Assembly (NCBI RefSeq): GCF_036321535.1
Contig: NC_087443.1
Location: 55,118,001-55,182,000, forward strand
Source: Camelus dromedarius
Taxonomy: Eukaryota
Reading direction: 5' to 3'
DNA length: 64,000 nt
Part shown: piece by piece, positions 40,341 through 53,479 of the stretch
Layout of the letters: each line of letters begins with the position of its first letter
How positions within the stretch are numbered: the first letter of the stretch is position 1
The notes under the pieces: generated by a model
The model's database searches: none
The model's input: only the letters and a program-made list of their open reading frames with translations
What the model was told of the DNA's origin: nothing
Position numbers and translations under genes: made by a program

Positions 40341-41617
40341 CCTCACGGGGCTTCCAGTCCTCAAGACTCCACAGTGATGCTTAAACTGAATCTACCAGTG
40401 CCTCGATGTCGGAGAGACATGGTTCAGAGAGACCTCTGTGTAAAGCACTGGCTGCCCTTCTGGACCTTGTGTGGCCTCAGGCAAATGAAGTAACTTCTTT
40501 CAGCCTCAGTCTCAGTCTATGAAGGGGGATAACATAGTCGACAATGGCTGGACCATTTAAATCAGCACAACTGGTACAAATTATGCTTCTAACTTTGCTT
40601 GGTGAGCACAGAATCACACCTGGACCAGAGAGCTGGAGCAAGGAACTCCAGCCTGATGGCCCCAGCCCCCTCTGGCTAGGCTGTCTGTGGATGGCCAAGG
40701 CCACCAAGGCTCTTTTTGACTCTTTTTGTTTGCTCGGCATCCACTGGTCACCAACCCTCCTTCCAATGGACACATTACTCCTTTTGAAGAACTGCTAAGA
40801 CCTCCAATCGAGGGGTGCGCTGGCCTAAGTGTCTGGCTCAGTCGTGGTTCTGGGGTGATAAGCGTCAAAACAGACTCTTTGGAATTTAAGAAGCAGGGGA
40901 ATTTGTCGGTTGGGTGTAGCATCACCCTCAGAGCGAAGAGATGGCAGGGACCCAGGCTCTGGGAGGGCAGAGCTAGGTTGTTCCTGAGGCTTCAGCAGCA
41001 AGGACTCCTAGCCAGTGCTCTCAGGGCATCCTCCCCGGTAAATTGAACTCCGAAGTATCTCAGCCCTTTTGCCCCTAGATCAGGACTCCAGTCTCAGGAA
41101 GAGGATCTGATTGGTTGGGTTTGGGTCATGTGCCCAAGGAGGACCTGGACCTCACTGACAGTCTACCCAACAAGGATTCCTCCAATGTGCGAGGAGGTGG
41201 TTCTGCAAAGGGAACTTGGCACCATCACCTGAAGAAGAGGGGGTGGGTGAAGTGAGTGTGGTGGGTGAAGTGAGTGGGCTCTCCCCCTCTGGAACTATTA
41301 GACCTAAGAATTAGCTCCTTAGGAACTGTAGAAAGAATGCCTTTAGTGGGTGAGCAGTTAGAATTGCCAACCCTGAGAGTCTCTGATAATCTGTATTAAA
41401 ATTTGTACCAGCCCAGTCACACTGATGGTTTGCCAGGCAACAATTCTGGCCAGTTCAAAAAGCTCGTCTATTCTAGATAATAGGTGGCCTTATTCTGGTT
41501 TTCAAAAATCTCTATTGAAATGTCAGTAAGGAAGTAGGGATGAAGTAAAATGTGAAAACCAACAGAAGGATTCTGGTTATTTCCGGATCCCTGAATGTCC
41601 CATGTGAGAGTCATTAG

Positions 41618-41966
41618 TGGGACCCACCAGATATTTCTAGCTCACTTCATTCTTAAAATGGAAAGTAGCCAAAGGAGCTGCTTTGGCCAATGACATGCGA
41701 GTAGAAGTGATGTGTCTCTCCTGGGCGGTTGTAAAAGCCAGTGTGTGATCTGCCACAGAAATCGGCCATGCTCCAGGTAGCAGCTGCTCCATCAGCCCAG
41801 TCCTGACTGAGGATGGTATGGGGGTTGAGGGGGGTGGTGGAGTCTGCCAGATACCAGACATGAACAAGTAGTACGAACAAGAACTAAGTCTTTCTTATCC
41901 AAAGCCCCTGACACGTGACGGTTGTTTTTTGTTGTTGCAGCATGAGCTACTCTGTCCTGACTGACA
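41618..41966. mobile_element. MaLR LTR (MLT1-like)
   Basis: gctttggccaatgacatgcgagtagaagtgatgtgt...aagcccctgac...ggttgtttttgttgttgcagcat...cctgactgacaca. Confidence 0.7.
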
Positions 41967-42842
41967 CATCCAGCACTCATACCCTTGCACCACTGGGGCT
42001 CATGCTTCAGGTACTGGTGATTGCAAAAATCACAAAACTTTGATGCTATAGTACAAAACAGTTCCATGTGTTAAATCATTTTGCATTAAGACTGAGTGGT
42101 TTTAGAAACATGGTCCCATATTACCCTTCCCTGATAATGATCCACAAAACTCCAAACACACCCTGAAGTCTCTTTATCTGGTCAACCTCAAAAGACTCTC
42201 CTTGATTAGAAATGACACTGTAGCAGCCAGGGCCCCCACAGGAAATAAGTGATATAGGCAACTAGCTATATTTAAGGAGGGCTTATTAAAAGGACTACTG
42301 ATACAGGTTCCCCTTGGGGGATAATGCAGTCACAGGGTTAGACGGGTAGTGTCATTACCCCCCTAAGCCTGAAGGGGTCAGTGGAAGGAGTGGCTGCCTG
42401 AGCCCAGAGAGAGAGACCCCTCTTATAGGAGCCATGACCTTCTGTTTAGATGCCACATAATGTCCTCAGGCTCAAAACCAGGTGGAGACAAGTGGAAGGA
42501 GTTGCTGAGGGACAAACGGAGGATGCCTACCATATCTGGTACTGCCCATGGTAGTATCCATCTCCACAATGTTTACGTTGTCAGATTCCAGCCTGTTTGG
42601 GTCCAAGAAAGGGGCCAATTCTGAAGCCCTCTTGAGCCTATCTCATGTCTTTCTGGGTCCAATAGGGAGCTCTGTTTCGGAGCCAGGCACTGGGTACTCA
42701 CCAGAGAGTAGAAGGCCACAGAGAAGGTCCCTTTTTATCTCCTCCCCAAGGTCTTGTGGTCTTGGAGAGAATGATGACCAAGAACACCGATCTTGTCTGA
42801 ACTAGTAATACAAGCCCAGGACACATTAATAAATTCACATCC

Positions 42843-42848
42843 TTTAAT
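42843..42848 (-). terminator. TLL2: Candidate TLL2 polyadenylation signal ATTAAA (3'UTR ~3.3 kb)
   Basis: minus-strand ATTAAA followed by U/GU-rich sequence; distance fits the long TLL2 3'UTR as I recall it. Confidence 0.45.
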
Positions 42849-43952
42849 GAAACAACTCTTTCTAGACATACGTTAGCTTCTCTGTTTCCTCTTCGAAAGT
42901 GACGTTTCGTGAAATGTAAAATCACGCAAAATAAAAATTACAATATATTTATAGATAATGCTCCAAATGGTTTTTCTTTTTTTAAAAGAAAACTTTTAGG
43001 CATTTGGGATTACTTTTCAGAAGTTCAGTCTGCAATAGAGACTTGAAAAACATCTGCTAAAGCCAAGGGAACGTTTGTTCACACATTGAACAGTAACAAT
43101 GCCACGAATTATTGGAGACTTATCAAATGGACCGGATCAAGGGCAAACCCCGGTGTGACTTGCTAGTTAACAAGATTTTACAAATGATTTAAACAGGCTG
43201 ATCGTTTCATGAGTAATATGAAACCTAACTTTAGAGGAAAACAGTGAATCAGCACACAGCCTTGCTTTCTGTTTGGAGAAATTCCAGAGGCTGAAGGTAA
43301 TTCTGGACCCTTAACCCTGCCCTGGGATCCAGGCTCTAGCATCAGCTAGACCAGATCACACTAGAATTGGACCAGGCTGAAGACCCAAACCCCAAATATT
43401 TCAGCAGGTCATTAAGATGATTCTCCGAAACGAAGCCAGTCTTGGAGCTCTGTGACAGCCCCAAGGCCCGGCCCCTAATTAAAGGACAGAGCAGCTTGGG
43501 TAATGGCCCCTGGGATGTGTGCAGGGCAGTCAGTGAGCACTTGGAGGAGCTGAGGCAGGGTCCTTCTGCTGAATGGACTTTCTCCCGTGAAGCCAGCCGT
43601 GCGGTTCCTTGTGGGACCTGCATTGTGCATACATGTCGTGGGTCTGAGCTTCCAGGGGTGCTGTCTGGCCAGATCCAGCTGAATCAGAGCTTGTCTTTTC
43701 CGGGAATACATCACTCACAGAAGGCCTAAATAAAGGTTTTCATAAGAGTCCCATTGTTTCAAATTGGCCATAGGTTGATAATTGTTGAAGTTGTGTGTTT
43801 TTGAAAATATTCATACTAAAGAGAGAAAAATAAGTACCATTGTTTCTCGAGGGTGGCAAATCCTGGCAGAGCTGACTCTTTCTGTCTCTGTCTCACTTTT
43901 CCAGGGAATTAATTAATCTTATTTAAAACAATTTTTTGTAATGTTTAATCTT

Positions 43953-44035
43953 TTGAGGGGGTGTTAATTAGGTTTATTTATTTATTTATTTTTTAACAGA
44001 GGTACTGGGGAATGAACCCAGGACCTTGTGTATCA
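43953..44035 (-). mobile_element. 5'-truncated camelid-type tRNA-derived SINE with 8-bp TSD
   Basis: minus strand cacaaggtcctGGGTTCATTCCccagtacctctgttaaaaataaataaataaataaacctaattaac (B-box-like); TTAATCTT at 43945-43952 and 44036-44043. Confidence 0.75.
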
Positions 44036-44488
44036 TTAATCTTATTCAGACTTCTAAAGGTTAGAACTTACAGAATTTTCATGTCCTCGGAGAGAGACCC
44101 TTTGCAGCCGCCTTATGCATCCTGATTTCTGTTTCAAGTTTGACAGATAAAATGGAACAAAATGAAAGCTCCTAAAACACAAACATCTGAGAAATGGACT
44201 CCACCCTGTGAAGCAGGTAAGACCTGGGCCTCCATCTGCTGAATCAAAGATCCCCCAGGGTAGGGTCTGCTATAGGTCACGGTATGTAGGCTGAACCTCC
44301 ACCTAGAGCCAGGAAAGGCCAAGGGAGAGAGCTTGGTATAAAAAAAAAAAAAAGAACCACAAACACAAGGCCGGTCCAGGAGGGCCTCCTCAGTAAAGCT
44401 ACCGTCGGTGGGGTGGCATGTATCACACTGCATTGATTAAGGCTCTGACAGTTACATACATACATATATACAGACATATATTATTATT

Positions 44489-44620
44489 NNNNNNNNNNNN
44501 NNNNNNNNNNNNNNNNNNNNNNNNNNNNNNNNNNNNNNNNNNNNNNNNNNNNNNNNNNNNNNNNNNNNNNNNNNNNNNNNNNNNNNNNNNNNNNNNNNNN
44601 NNNNNNNNNNNNNNNNNNNN
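44489..44620. other. Assembly gap (132 N) in the TLL2 3'UTR
   Basis: run of n. Confidence 0.99.
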
Positions 44621-44795
44621 TTTTAATTAGACATAGTCCTCTGGGGGCATATTCTGATCTTTAAAAAATATAACTTTGAATCTTTTGCAAATATTTTGTT
44701 TCAAATGATGTTGATTCATCCCCAAAGGAAGTCCAGTGCCTGGGAAGATCTCTGCTCACTGGAAACACGCTCGTGCACTACCCTGTGTTCAGTAC

Positions 44796-44959
44796 NNNNN
44801 NNNNNNNNNNNNNNNNNNNNNNNNNNNNNNNNNNNNNNNNNNNNNNNNNNNNNNNNNNNNNNNNNNNNNNNNNNNNNNNNNNNNNNNNNNNNNNNNNNNN
44901 NNNNNNNNNNNNNNNNNNNNNNNNNNNNNNNNNNNNNNNNNNNNNNNNNNNNNNNNNNN
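44796..44959. other. Assembly gap (164 N) in the TLL2 3'UTR
   Basis: run of n. Confidence 0.99.
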
Positions 44960-46121
44960 TCTAAATTTATGCAAACAGTGTCTTCTACGGTCTCCAGAAC
45001 AAGTGCCAAGTGTGGGGAGTTCTGATTGCAAGTTGGTGACTGAATGCTAACTAGTCTGAGCAAAGTCACTGATGTACCCGCTAACTACCTGGTTACAGGA
45101 AGTTAGTCACAGGTGGACTTGTTCTACCAGGTGTTGATTCTTACATGACTTATAATTACCCAGTTTTCAATGATGTTCACCCCACAAGGGATCTGAATGG
45201 TCCCACTGAAGATGTTTGTGCACGTCTTGCAAATGCAGTTTGAATGGGTTATCAAGCGTCAAGGTCAACCATAGCAAGCGTCCCCAAAGCTGGAGGAAGG
45301 GATGGTCTCAGCCCATGGAAACCCAAGCCCAGGGGGTGTCTTCACCAACTCAGCGAGGGCGGGAGTATCAGGACGAGCCAGGGTGTTTTCTTCTCAGCAG
45401 ACTGGGGACTCTCACCAGCAAATATTCTGCTGGAGGTCACAGAGGGTGCCTCCGCCCCCCAGTGCAATTAGGGAGGGGGAACCCGAGGTGGGCGAGGAGA
45501 GCTGACGATGCCGAGGGAAGGCTGGAGGTCTCCTTGCTCCGTGACTATGTGCCTTGGACACCAGTGCCCTCTATGCACGGCTTACTCTGGTGTCCTTTTC
45601 AGTCCTGGCACCCATACTCTCAGATTTTCTGGTTGACGTGTCCCTGGCAGAGAGTCAGCAAAAGTCCTGAGCCTAAGCTGAGAGGAACACATGAGCAATA
45701 ACTGAGCTTTCACCCTCAATGCCCAGTGTAGACAGAAGATGGCCTGAGTCTCCAGGACATGGTCACAATGCCTGACACCCCTGGAAGCACCTCCAGAAAT
45801 AGATCTGGACTCACCCGAGGGTGGGCTTTTGCCCCCGTAGGAGCAAGGGACAAGCAGAGCGAACAGGCGTACCTGGACTGGTCAGTGACGTCAAACCTTA
45901 ATCTTTAAAACTTCACGATTGTTAACACCGCAGCCAGAATCAAAGGAACATCTTCTCTCCTCTGTGTCTCTGTGTTGGCCAAACTTCATCAGATACGTAC
46001 ACCTCCAAGGCTAGATTTTGAGTTTTTGCTTGAGAAAAATACTGTACACTGCTTCAAGGGCAGATTCACAAGGTGCTATTGTTATAAAAACATTCTCAAT
46101 TCCTGTCTTTCAAGAACATCA

Positions 46122-46256
46122 TTACTTCTTCATGTGCAGGGCGTCCTGGAACTTGGTGCTGGTGTACCGAGCATGAAAGCCCTTCTTGTTGATGGTGTCA
46201 TCTGTGTGGAATCGAATCATCAGAGAGTCCCCTGCAGAGTAGATTTCTTCCAGTGG
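46122..46256 (-). CDS. TLL2: Tolloid-like 2 exon 21, coding part to stop
   Basis: cctcag|CCA...AAG TAA; [44 protein letters not shown] is the TLL2-type C-terminus. Confidence 0.96.
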   Translation of the reverse strand, partial: PLEEIYSAGDSLMIRFHTDDTINKKGFHARYTSTKFQDALHMKK

Positions 46257-47809
46257 CTGAGGGGAGGAGAAGGGAAAACCAGGGGGACTTTAAGCTCATT
46301 GGCTGTGCCTGGAGTTTAACACAAGGAGGATGAGACAGAACCTGACGCAAAGACACAGGATGGCTGATGATGCCGCGAGGCATCCCTGCCAACAGAGGCT
46401 CTGAAGGGCGTCAAAACAATCTCCTTCTCAAAGGAAAGCTTTGCAAATTCTGCTCCAGAGAGCACCTCGTCCCTCCCTCTGCCCCAGCCCTGCTTTTCCA
46501 AAAGCAATCCTAAAGGCCCAGCTCATAGACAATCTACTCTTTAGTAAGTGCACATAGATTAATTAAATGCACTGCTCTAAGCATTTTCAGATCTTGTCTC
46601 ATGTAAACTTGGCAACAACTGTATAAAGCAGGTGCAATCTTCATTTTATGCTTGAGGAAACGGAGACTCAAATTCACACAACTAGACAGGACCCCAAAGC
46701 TCAGGTCTTTCTGACTGTAAAGTATGAACCATGAATCACCCAGCACTAGGGTCACCACTGTGGTGTGTCTCCCACGAGACCTGAAACAAAGACCATTACT
46801 GAGGCCGATGTCCTATCCAAGGACAAAAATTGGGGATGGAGTCACTGTATTTGTCAGAAAGACTTTGCTAAGTGTTAGATGAGCAGGAGCCATGTTCAGA
46901 GGCTGCTGTCTGCCAGATTCTAATGGAACCAAACTGGGCAACCTATATACTTCTCTGCTTAGGACCTTCCCAGGTTTTCCTTTGCATGTGGACCCTGTAG
47001 TGCGAGAGACTTTTCCCTCAAAGGGACTCCAACAGTTAAGTCACATTTGGTCATCCTTTCTTCTTTGGTAGGTGAGAGAAGATGAAGGAAAATTTTTCAA
47101 AGACTTATGCAAATGCCAGGTTGAGGTTCTGTTCAGCACAAGCACTAATGACTCCAAAGTGATCTGATGGAAGTCCAGTCAATGGCAAAGAAGCTTGAGT
47201 GATCAGGCCTGGAGGTGGAGGTACGGGTAGAGCTGGGAGCCCAGCGTGGGCGGGGCCCAGTGTGGTGCAGCCAGATAGGGACCTGGACACTGAACTGGCT
47301 GGTCCACACGTTTTCACGGAACACCAGCTATACGCCAGGCTCTGTGTCAGGTGCTGGGGAAATAGCGATCAAAACAGGCCTGCCCTGTCCTAAGGAGGTA
47401 GCCCAGGAAAGAGGTGATAATGAGAAAAATAATGACCTTGAACATAACTACTATGTTTACAGTAAAAGAGTGATTCATAATTTTCATGGACATTTGGTTT
47501 TGTTTGGGGAGAGAATTGTGAATATATGGAATATACAAAAGTCTAATTAAAAAACTTTGAAAGCCTAAAGAACAAATAACATAGGAGGAGGTGACCGTTT
47601 GGAAAAACAGTACAGCCCTGAAAGGAAAATGCTCTTACCTACCTGACCTCAGCACAAGGCCTTCATGAACTGGTCCCCGGTGCCTCCCAACCTCTCCGAC
47701 TACCCTCCCAGCTTCCCGCTCTGATCCGGCAGAACGAACCTCCTGGCTGGTGCTCTGAGTGGCAGGGGTTGCCAGGACTCAGACCCAGGGGGGTCTGATC
47801 ACACAACGC

Positions 47810-48185
47810 ATGCTCCGGGGCACGGGGCTTGCTCCCGGCCTGGCACCCCTGGGACTCACCCCGGAGCCGCAAAAGCGGCCGAGCCTGGGCGCCGTGCTGT
47901 CGTAGCCGTCGAACGCCTCCATGTAGTCGTAGCCACAGTCGGCCTCCTCCTCCACCTCAAAGGTCCGGAATACCAACTCCACGCCGTATCCGTCCTCTGC
48001 CACGATCACCCAGTCGCAGCGGGCCTGGCTTGGGTAATTGTTGTCCCCAAACTGGGCATGAGAATAGAGCTCTTTGGTCTGCACTTCGGCCTTCAGGCGG
48101 CCCCCGCACTCTGGAGCGAGCGGAGAGAGAAGCGCGATGCTCCCCGGCACAGAGAGCGCATGCGCCGCCCACCCGCGGCACCCCC
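47810..48185. promoter_or_regulatory. Intragenic CpG-rich segment over TLL2 exon 20, with an NRF1 palindrome (48156-48165)
   Basis: visibly dense CG dinucleotides extending into both flanking introns; GCGCATGCGC followed by CCGCCC. Confidence 0.55.
47860..48110 (-). CDS. TLL2: Tolloid-like 2 exon 20 (CUB5)
   Basis: ctccag|AG TGC...GGG|gtgagt; 251 nt; [83 protein letters not shown]. Confidence 0.96.
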
Positions 48186-50578
48186 CACCCCCAGCCTGGG
48201 GCTCTCTCTACACACCCTCCTACAGGCCCCCTTTCTCGACAAAGCCTTGTGTGTGCCCTGAGGGAGGGGCCCGGCAAGTTGCATTATCCCATTTTACAGA
48301 GCAGTAAACAGATCCAGGAGTTTCGGGGTTCGCTGGGGAATCCAAATTGGTCCTTATTTACAAGCCAAGGTCCTGTGTTCCCAGGCTGGGCCACGGAAGG
48401 CCTGGGGGGAATACCTGAGTATGCCACTGGAAAAAGCTTTTTCCTCTCCAGTTATGGAGACATGGGGCCAATGGATCGCTTGCCCAACTGGTCGCTGGGA
48501 TGTGGTTGGATCTTTACCACTTTCCCCCTGGAAGTGCTAGAAGCATCTGAGAACGGCTCAAACCAGCCTGAACGACTTACTGTAATTTGTTATTTTTGCC
48601 AGCAGAGGGCACCAAAAACACACCAAAACTTCTAGTGATCTCTGAAACCTGAAACCCCTTGCTTGCATCTGAAAGCCTAACTACTGGCCAGTTTTGAAAC
48701 TCCTATGGGTGTTACACGTAAGCTGTATCTTGTACTTTTTTGGGGCTAGGGGGGTTGCTTTCTTTCTTTCTTTCTTTTTTTTTTTTTTATTTCAGTTGAA
48801 GTATGCACCTTGTGCTTTAGACATGTGTTCTGTAGCCTTGGCGTCTGCGTTTTTTACTAGGACCGTAACCCTGGATGACCTAGGTCCCATCCTACCTTTT
48901 GCCTAGGCCGCTAGGGACCACATAATAAAAATGGGTAAACGACAGTGATTGGAAATTAGAAGCAACAGAAATTCTGAAGGCAAATTCATCCACTGCCGGT
49001 CCTTAATGTGCCAACGCCCCCTTCCCCGGTGTGGCTTCTGCACTGTCCAGTAACATCCCCCCGCCTAGCTGCAGCTCCACATCCAGCCTGGCCCCAGTCC
49101 TGTCCGACTGCCAACTCTTAGCCCCGTGTGTGCTCTGGCTTAGAATTTCTTCCAGGCCTGAGCTGCCTTTGGGAAATTTCAAATTCCTGAGACGTGGCTG
49201 GCAATGAACTGGGCACCAAGCAGAGCAGGATGCCTTGTAACCACCCTGCCAGATCCCCGCTCCATTCTTCCGCACCTGCTCTGGGCCCCAGGAGGCAGAC
49301 CTCTGGGTTTACATGGATGGACCCTTTGCCCTCATGGTCCAGCCACAGGGAACACCAGCAGGTCAGAGGAGAGAGACGTCAGAGCATTTTGTCCCAGGCC
49401 CCCTCCCTGCCTGGTCACCACAGGCTGTCTTTTGACTGCAAGTCACAGCTCCTGTTGGGGGGCCCTCTGCTTGCTCCCCTGTCTCCAGGCTCCAAGAACC
49501 TCTCCCTCCTCTGGCATCTGGGCCGGGGGTAGTAACAACCTTGCAGTTCCTAGCCCTTGTTGCTGCACAGTCCCTGTGATGTCCCCATACTCTGCCCACC
49601 CCTAAACAATCCTTTATTAAATTCTCCTCAAATAACGACTCCACCTGAGTGTGTCCCCATTTCTTGCAGAGACCCTGACCCACCATGAGCACCTACACTC
49701 GATCTGCAGGGACAAGAAGGTGAAGTCACTAGTCAATGGCTTTTAAACTTCACTAGGGAAGTTACGATGCATCCCTGAACACTGGCGAGTTTTCTCCCAG
49801 GCAAGGGCAAGCCAGAGCGCTAAGATGCTGGCTGTCATTCTGTCTCACCTGATTTGTATTTTCTGGCTCTGGGGAAAAAACTGAGAGAAGGGGCTGTTAA
49901 AGGGATCAGAAAACCTCACAGGGCTCATGATCACGGTCTCAAACTCTGATCGGGCTGCAGGTGGCCACTGCGTTGCCAGAGGACCAGGATCAGAGAGTCA
50001 AAGTTGCCTCACGGGCTCTCGTCCCAGTTGTATTATTTACGTGGCTAAGGAGCAGAGCCAGAGTTCTCACTAACATTCTTCTCTTTAACACAGTAAATAA
50101 TGTAAGTTACAAGCATAAACATTTTCTTCCAAGGGATGGAAGAAAGCTGATTACACTTTAAGTACAGGAAAAGTAATTAGGAACAGGAACATTTTTCATT
50201 TTCTGGAACTGGTCATTGGAGGGTACAAAGGGCTGATCTCCACTACTCAGTGCTCAGACTCAGGGATTCACAGACCAGCAAAATTATAAATAAAACGTTT
50301 AAAGATGGGGATGGGGCATAGGAGAAAGAAAGGAAAGGAGGAAAGAAATGCACCAACAAAGGGTTGCCCACTTTAAGTGCTGTCAGTTAAAGGCGTTAAG
50401 AGAAAACCACCCTTTCCCTATGGTTGCCCATGTTTCATCTCAAAAGGGACATGTTATCACAGACTTCCTGCCCCGCCCCATCGACAGAATTAAAGGCAGT
50501 CCTTTCCCTGCCTTCATCACCCATCTATCTCCAGTCCACGTGGGGACTGGGTGAAGGCCGGGGTCCCAGTCCACGCAC

Positions 50579-50792
50579 CTGTGCTGTGCACTGCCTGGAA
50601 GCCTCTCCTTTGCACCGAGGCGTCAGAATAAAACCGGAGAAACAGGCTGCTGCCTGAAGCCACCACGGGGTCTGGTTTCTTGCTGCCGCAGAACCGGCCA
50701 AGGACAGGGGCCAGGCTGTCGGGTCCGTCGTACAGTTCCAGGTGGTCATAGGCACATTCCTGGTGCTGCTCGATCTCAAACTCGTTAAACGT
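50579..50792 (-). CDS. TLL2: Tolloid-like 2 exon 19 (CUB4, C-half)
   Basis: tcccag|ACG...ACA G|gtgcgt; 214 nt; [71 protein letters not shown]. Confidence 0.96.
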
Positions 50793-53077
50793 CTGGGAAA
50801 GGAAGAGCAGCAAGTGAGGCAGGGTCACTTCAGCTGGGGTGGGGGCCCCTTTCCAGCAGCGGGAGAGGGCTGGGTGCCCAGGACACGTGTCTGCCCAGCC
50901 AGCTGTGGGGGGACTGGGGAGACGGGACCTCCCCAGAGGTCCACGAGACACCTGTGGTAGTCCCCGAGCAGTGAACAATAGCTTCCTGGGAAGTATTCAG
51001 CTCACACTCTGTGGCTGCAAAAAGGCAGAGCATGATCAATGTACCCACCATCCACTTCCCAAGGAAGAATTAAAAAACTAGCGCATATGTACAAGCCTCA
51101 GATAAACTGGAGGTCTGGGCTGACTCTGGCCCCTGTGATAGGCTGCTTTAGTTCCTCAGTTCTGCAGAGAACATTTGTGACAGTTACTAAAATCCCGTGG
51201 CCCTTCCACGGAAGCGCTCCTTCCGGTTGTGTACATTGTGCGTTCCTGACCCCACGGGTAGCGGTTCCCCCGCCGTCAGGAGATTTGTGTTGCCATTGCG
51301 AATATTTTCCAGCAGATGGCAGCCTTTCTCTAATGCACTTCAGTTCACACTCACCCAGATTCAAGACTGTTCCGACTGACCCAGGAGAGCAGGCGAAAGC
51401 ATTTCCCGCAGGGGCAGTCACGCATATGAGGTGCCCACATGAGCAGCTGTGGTCAGGGCTCTGCCTTCACCCCTCGATGCCCCAGGCCTGGTACCCGCGC
51501 TCAGCCTGGGCGCGCATTCACCCACCCAACCTCCCCTCCGCTCTCACGGAAAAACACCCATGCAAGTTCTGGGCGATCCTCAATTTATCATCACCGCCTC
51601 CTGTCTTCTCTCCCATTCTGCCTGCATTACTGGTCCGTAATGCAGGGACACTTCATATACCGTCTGAGGAGCTCAGTTATCTCCAGAGTTAGAATGACCC
51701 CTTTAAAAACTGTTCGTCTGCCAGGGTACAACTTCTCCAGAGGATAAGAGGGTTTGTTTTACACTCCAGGATCTGGGAGTCTCTGGCTGCTGAGAAACAA
51801 GACTTGTAGGAAAAACTCATTTTGCCTTTGAAATAACCAAGCATGGTGTGCAGACCACAAGCATGTGCATGAATGGGACTTTTAAAAAAAGGCTTGAAAA
51901 TGTATATTTGTTAATTCAAGAGAGAATTAGCATACATAGCTTAATCTCCTCTTGTTAATTGAAAAAAAATAAGTTGTAGAAGAACATGAATAATAAGAGT
52001 CCATCTGAGAAATGTGAGCAAGAATCAGGGTATTTACGGATATATGTTTTTTCCTGTCCATGTACATACACATACAGAAATTTCTGGAAGGATTCACAAG
52101 AAAATGTTCAGAGAGGTCACATCTAGAGTAGGTATAGGGGGATCTGATAAGTTTTTTTATTTCCACTTTCCAACCCTCTGTACTGACTACATTTTTTTTT
52201 ATCTTGAGAGTGTATTGTTTTGTAAAATATTAAAACTGGAAACAATCGAACTTGAACTAGCACTACAGCTCTGTGTGGTGGGTGCCAGCTCACGCCAACA
52301 CCACTGTGAACAGATGCTGTTTATAGAGCTTTTCTCACCCACCACTCTGTGCTGAGGGCTTCGTGTGCACCCTCTCTTTTAATCTACACAACAGCCCCAT
52401 GAGGTGGGTTTCATTAGCAGCCCCATTTTCCAGATAATAAAACTGAGTCCTGGAAATGTTGAGTAACTTCTGTGAACAAAAAATACTGCAAGCCATATCA
52501 GTAAACAAAGAATGCTGAAGCCATCAAGTCATCAGTGGCTGCTGCCACCACCCTAACCCCACCCCCCCAGTGAAGACAAGCCCACGGCCCAGCCTCTGCA
52601 GCCACTCACAATGGTGCTCTGAGAGTAAGAAAGGACCTATCTAGCATCTTATTTAGCCCTAGATAGCTAGATGCTTGTCAAAGGAATGAATTCAATGAGC
52701 CCAAATGTTTGCTCCCTCCCATACATAGAAAAGCACTAAATTCTTTAACTTGTGATGTTTGGTTTTCTTCAGTTAACAAGTAAGTAATCTTTTAATATTC
52801 CAAGTACCTGGTCTTTGTTGTAAAACCACTGTATATCCTGGCTCCTCCCCTACCTCTTCAGAGCAGTCCCTCAGAGTGATCTGCAAGACTGTCAGCCAGG
52901 GTGAGTCCTCAGAACTGTCCATTGAATAAAACATAACTCTCAACTTTTAGGCTGTGCATTCATTTCAGTTGATACTTCCCCAAGTTTCGGAGCTGGGAAG
53001 TGGCAGAGCAGAGACTCAGACCCGTATCAGCCTGATACTAGAGTCCACGTTATCCATAAACTATGAAAATGACTCAC

Positions 53078-53205
53078 GAGTTTCACCCTGTGGCCCGCGG
53101 TTGAGGAGATGTTCCAGGTACACTCCCTCCGGCTGGGGTACTTGTCTGGCCAGTTGGGGCTCACCAGGGTCCCTTCCGCACTGCTGATCTTGTGCGCACA
53201 GCCAG
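53078..53205 (-). CDS. TLL2: Tolloid-like 2 exon 18 (CUB4, N-half)
   Basis: ccccag|CT GGC...CTC|gtgagt; 128 nt; [42 protein letters not shown]. Confidence 0.96.
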
Positions 53206-53479
53206 CTGGGGGCGACGGGGTTGGGGGGACACATACAGAGAGAGGTGATTCACTTGTGGGCAGCACAAGAGGTGTCCTGGGAGAGCCCCCTCCCTGGGCT
53301 TATTTGTCACATGATTATCAAATGTGAGGGCGAAAGTTGGCCTGAACCAAGGGTCCCCGGTTCCGAGATTTGCTGATTGACTTGGCTTTGCTGCCTTCTT
53401 GGCAGCGGCGCGGCAGCCAGCTCATCGTTCTCACTATTGCTATTCTCCTCGTGGTTATCACCGGAAATCAGGTGGAGTC

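Noticed and set aside
47829-48635. 268-aa plus-strand ORF
   Set aside because: Lies antisense to GC-rich TLL2 exon 20; no ATG start, Pro/Arg/Ser-rich, no recognisable domain; shadow ORF
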